Source: Alphaproteobacteria bacterium (GTDB lineage Bacteria; Pseudomonadota; Alphaproteobacteria; Methylaequorales; Methylaequoraceae). Taken from it: a stretch of DNA of 64,000 bases. This document shows, one piece after another, positions 63,048-64,000 of the stretch. The notes under the pieces were generated by a model. That model searched no databases, was not told where the DNA came from, and saw nothing but the letters and a program-made list of their open reading frames with translations. Position 1 is the stretch's first letter; every line of letters starts with the position of its first letter. Both the position numbers and the translations under genes were made by a program. The stretch spans positions 894 to 64,893 of the forward strand of contig BOXE01000007.1 in the NCBI GenBank assembly GCA_019650635.1. The letters are read 5' to 3'.

Positions 63048-63989
63048 TTAAAAGAAATCATTAATTAAATTTTTTAAAATAATTTCGTCTGTGCATTGAT
63101 TTATTTTAAGTCTAAATTCATTGGAATTATTTATTGACTTTGAATACCAACCTAGGTGTTTTCTAAACGATTTAAGACCAATATCTTTTCCATAATGATC
63201 TAAACTTAGTTGAAGATGATTAAGAATTATTTGTTTTTTTAAATTATTATCGATTTTAAATTTTTTTTTATTGGAACATAATTCTTCAAATATCCAAGGT
63301 CTTCCGTAAGAACCTCTTCCAATCATTACTCCATCTGCTTTAGAGTCTTTGAGTGCTTGTTTTAAATTTTCTTTATTTGTTATGTCTCCATTAACAAGAA
63401 CTGGTATTTTAACATTACTTTTTACATTTTTTACAAATTTCCAATCTGACTTGCCTTTGTACATTTGACATCTTGTTCTACCATGAATAGTTATCATTTT
63501 AATTCCACTATTCTCAGCAATCTTAGCAATCTTTGGAGCATTTAAGGAATTATCATCCCAGCCTTTTCGCATCTTTAATGTAACTGGAACTTTTACTGAA
63601 TTAGCAACGGATTCTAAAATTTTAGTTGCTAATATCTCGTCTTTCATTAATGCAGATCCTGCATAGCCATTAACTACTTTTTTTACTGGGCAACCCATAT
63701 TGATATCTATTATATCTGCTCCATTATCTTCACAAATTTTTGAAGCCTCTGCCATAATTTCTGGATCACAACCTGCAATTTGAACTGCTGACAGATAATT
63801 ATCAGTTTTTTTTATCATTTTCATTGTTTTTGAGTTTTGAGCTAGTAATGCTCTACTTGCAATCATTTCAGAAAATACTAATCCTGGTTTAAATTTTTTA
63901 ACTATTTCTCTGTATGGATAGTCAGTAACACCTGACATTGGTGCCAACAGAAAGTTTGAATTTACTTGTAACTTGCCAATATTCAACAT
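63048..63989 (-). CDS. dusB: tRNA-dihydrouridine synthase B (NifR3 family)
   Basis: LAPMSGVTD, INMGCP, HGRTR motifs; conserved position upstream of ntrBC. Confidence 0.9.
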   Translation of the reverse strand: MLNIGKLQVNSNFLLAPMSGVTDYPYREIVKKFKPGLVFSEMIASRALLAQNSKTMKMIKKTDNYLSAVQIAGCDPEIMAEASKICEDNGADIIDINMGCPVKKVVNGYAGSALMKDEILATKILESVANSVKVPVTLKMRKGWDDNSLNAPKIAKIAENSGIKMITIHGRTRCQMYKGKSDWKFVKNVKSNVKIPVLVNGDITNKENLKQALKDSKADGVMIGRGSYGRPWIFEELCSNKKKFKIDNNLKKQIILNHLQLSLDHYGKDIGLKSFRKHLGWYSKSINNSNEFRLKINQCTDEIILKNLINDFF

Positions 63990-64000
63990 TAGTTTAGTAA

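Overview
Very AT-rich, tightly packed bacterial chromosome segment with many 1-8 nt start/stop overlaps and no rRNA, tRNA, CRISPR, transposase or integrase. The block dusB-ntrB-ntrC-ntrY-ntrX-trkA-(class IV aminotransferase)-hflX (53.7-64 kb) is the classic alphaproteobacterial arrangement. Together with the base composition, this suggests a streamlined marine alphaproteobacterium (SAR11/Pelagibacterales-like); that placement is inference. Housekeeping genes: typA, clpB, hflX, trkA, dusB. Transporters: two Na+/solute symporters, an MFS transporter, a lactate permease and a TonB-dependent receptor. Other content: a cobT-cobS-cobC nucleotide-loop module, a stand-alone molybdopterin oxidoreductase, an M32 carboxypeptidase, a disrupted katG, and a DNA-damage island (LexA box, umuD-umuC-orf74, then ligase / MBL nuclease / Lhr-like helicase / PdeM). 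Signals the ORF track does not show: (1) two monocistronic copies of a 25-codon PqqA-type peptide gene, differing only at 3 synonymous sites, with no pqqBCDE nearby; (2) two near-perfect Zur-box palindromes, one inside the promoter of a COG0523 (CobW-like) GTPase and one between divergent operons that combine a TonB-dependent receptor with two MerT-like membrane proteins, a MerP-like periplasmic HMA protein, an OM barrel candidate, a Cys/His-rich secreted protein and a DUF1826-like protein, which I read as a candidate undescribed Zn (or other metal) acquisition system; (3) an alphaproteobacterial SOS box in front of umuD; (4) a small family of pyrimidine-rich intergenic elements with shared end motifs in the first 4.4 kb. 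About 25 frame disruptions affect at least 15 otherwise well-conserved genes, including core regulators, which points to indel-prone sequencing rather than real decay. Three of them sit in A12 tracts.
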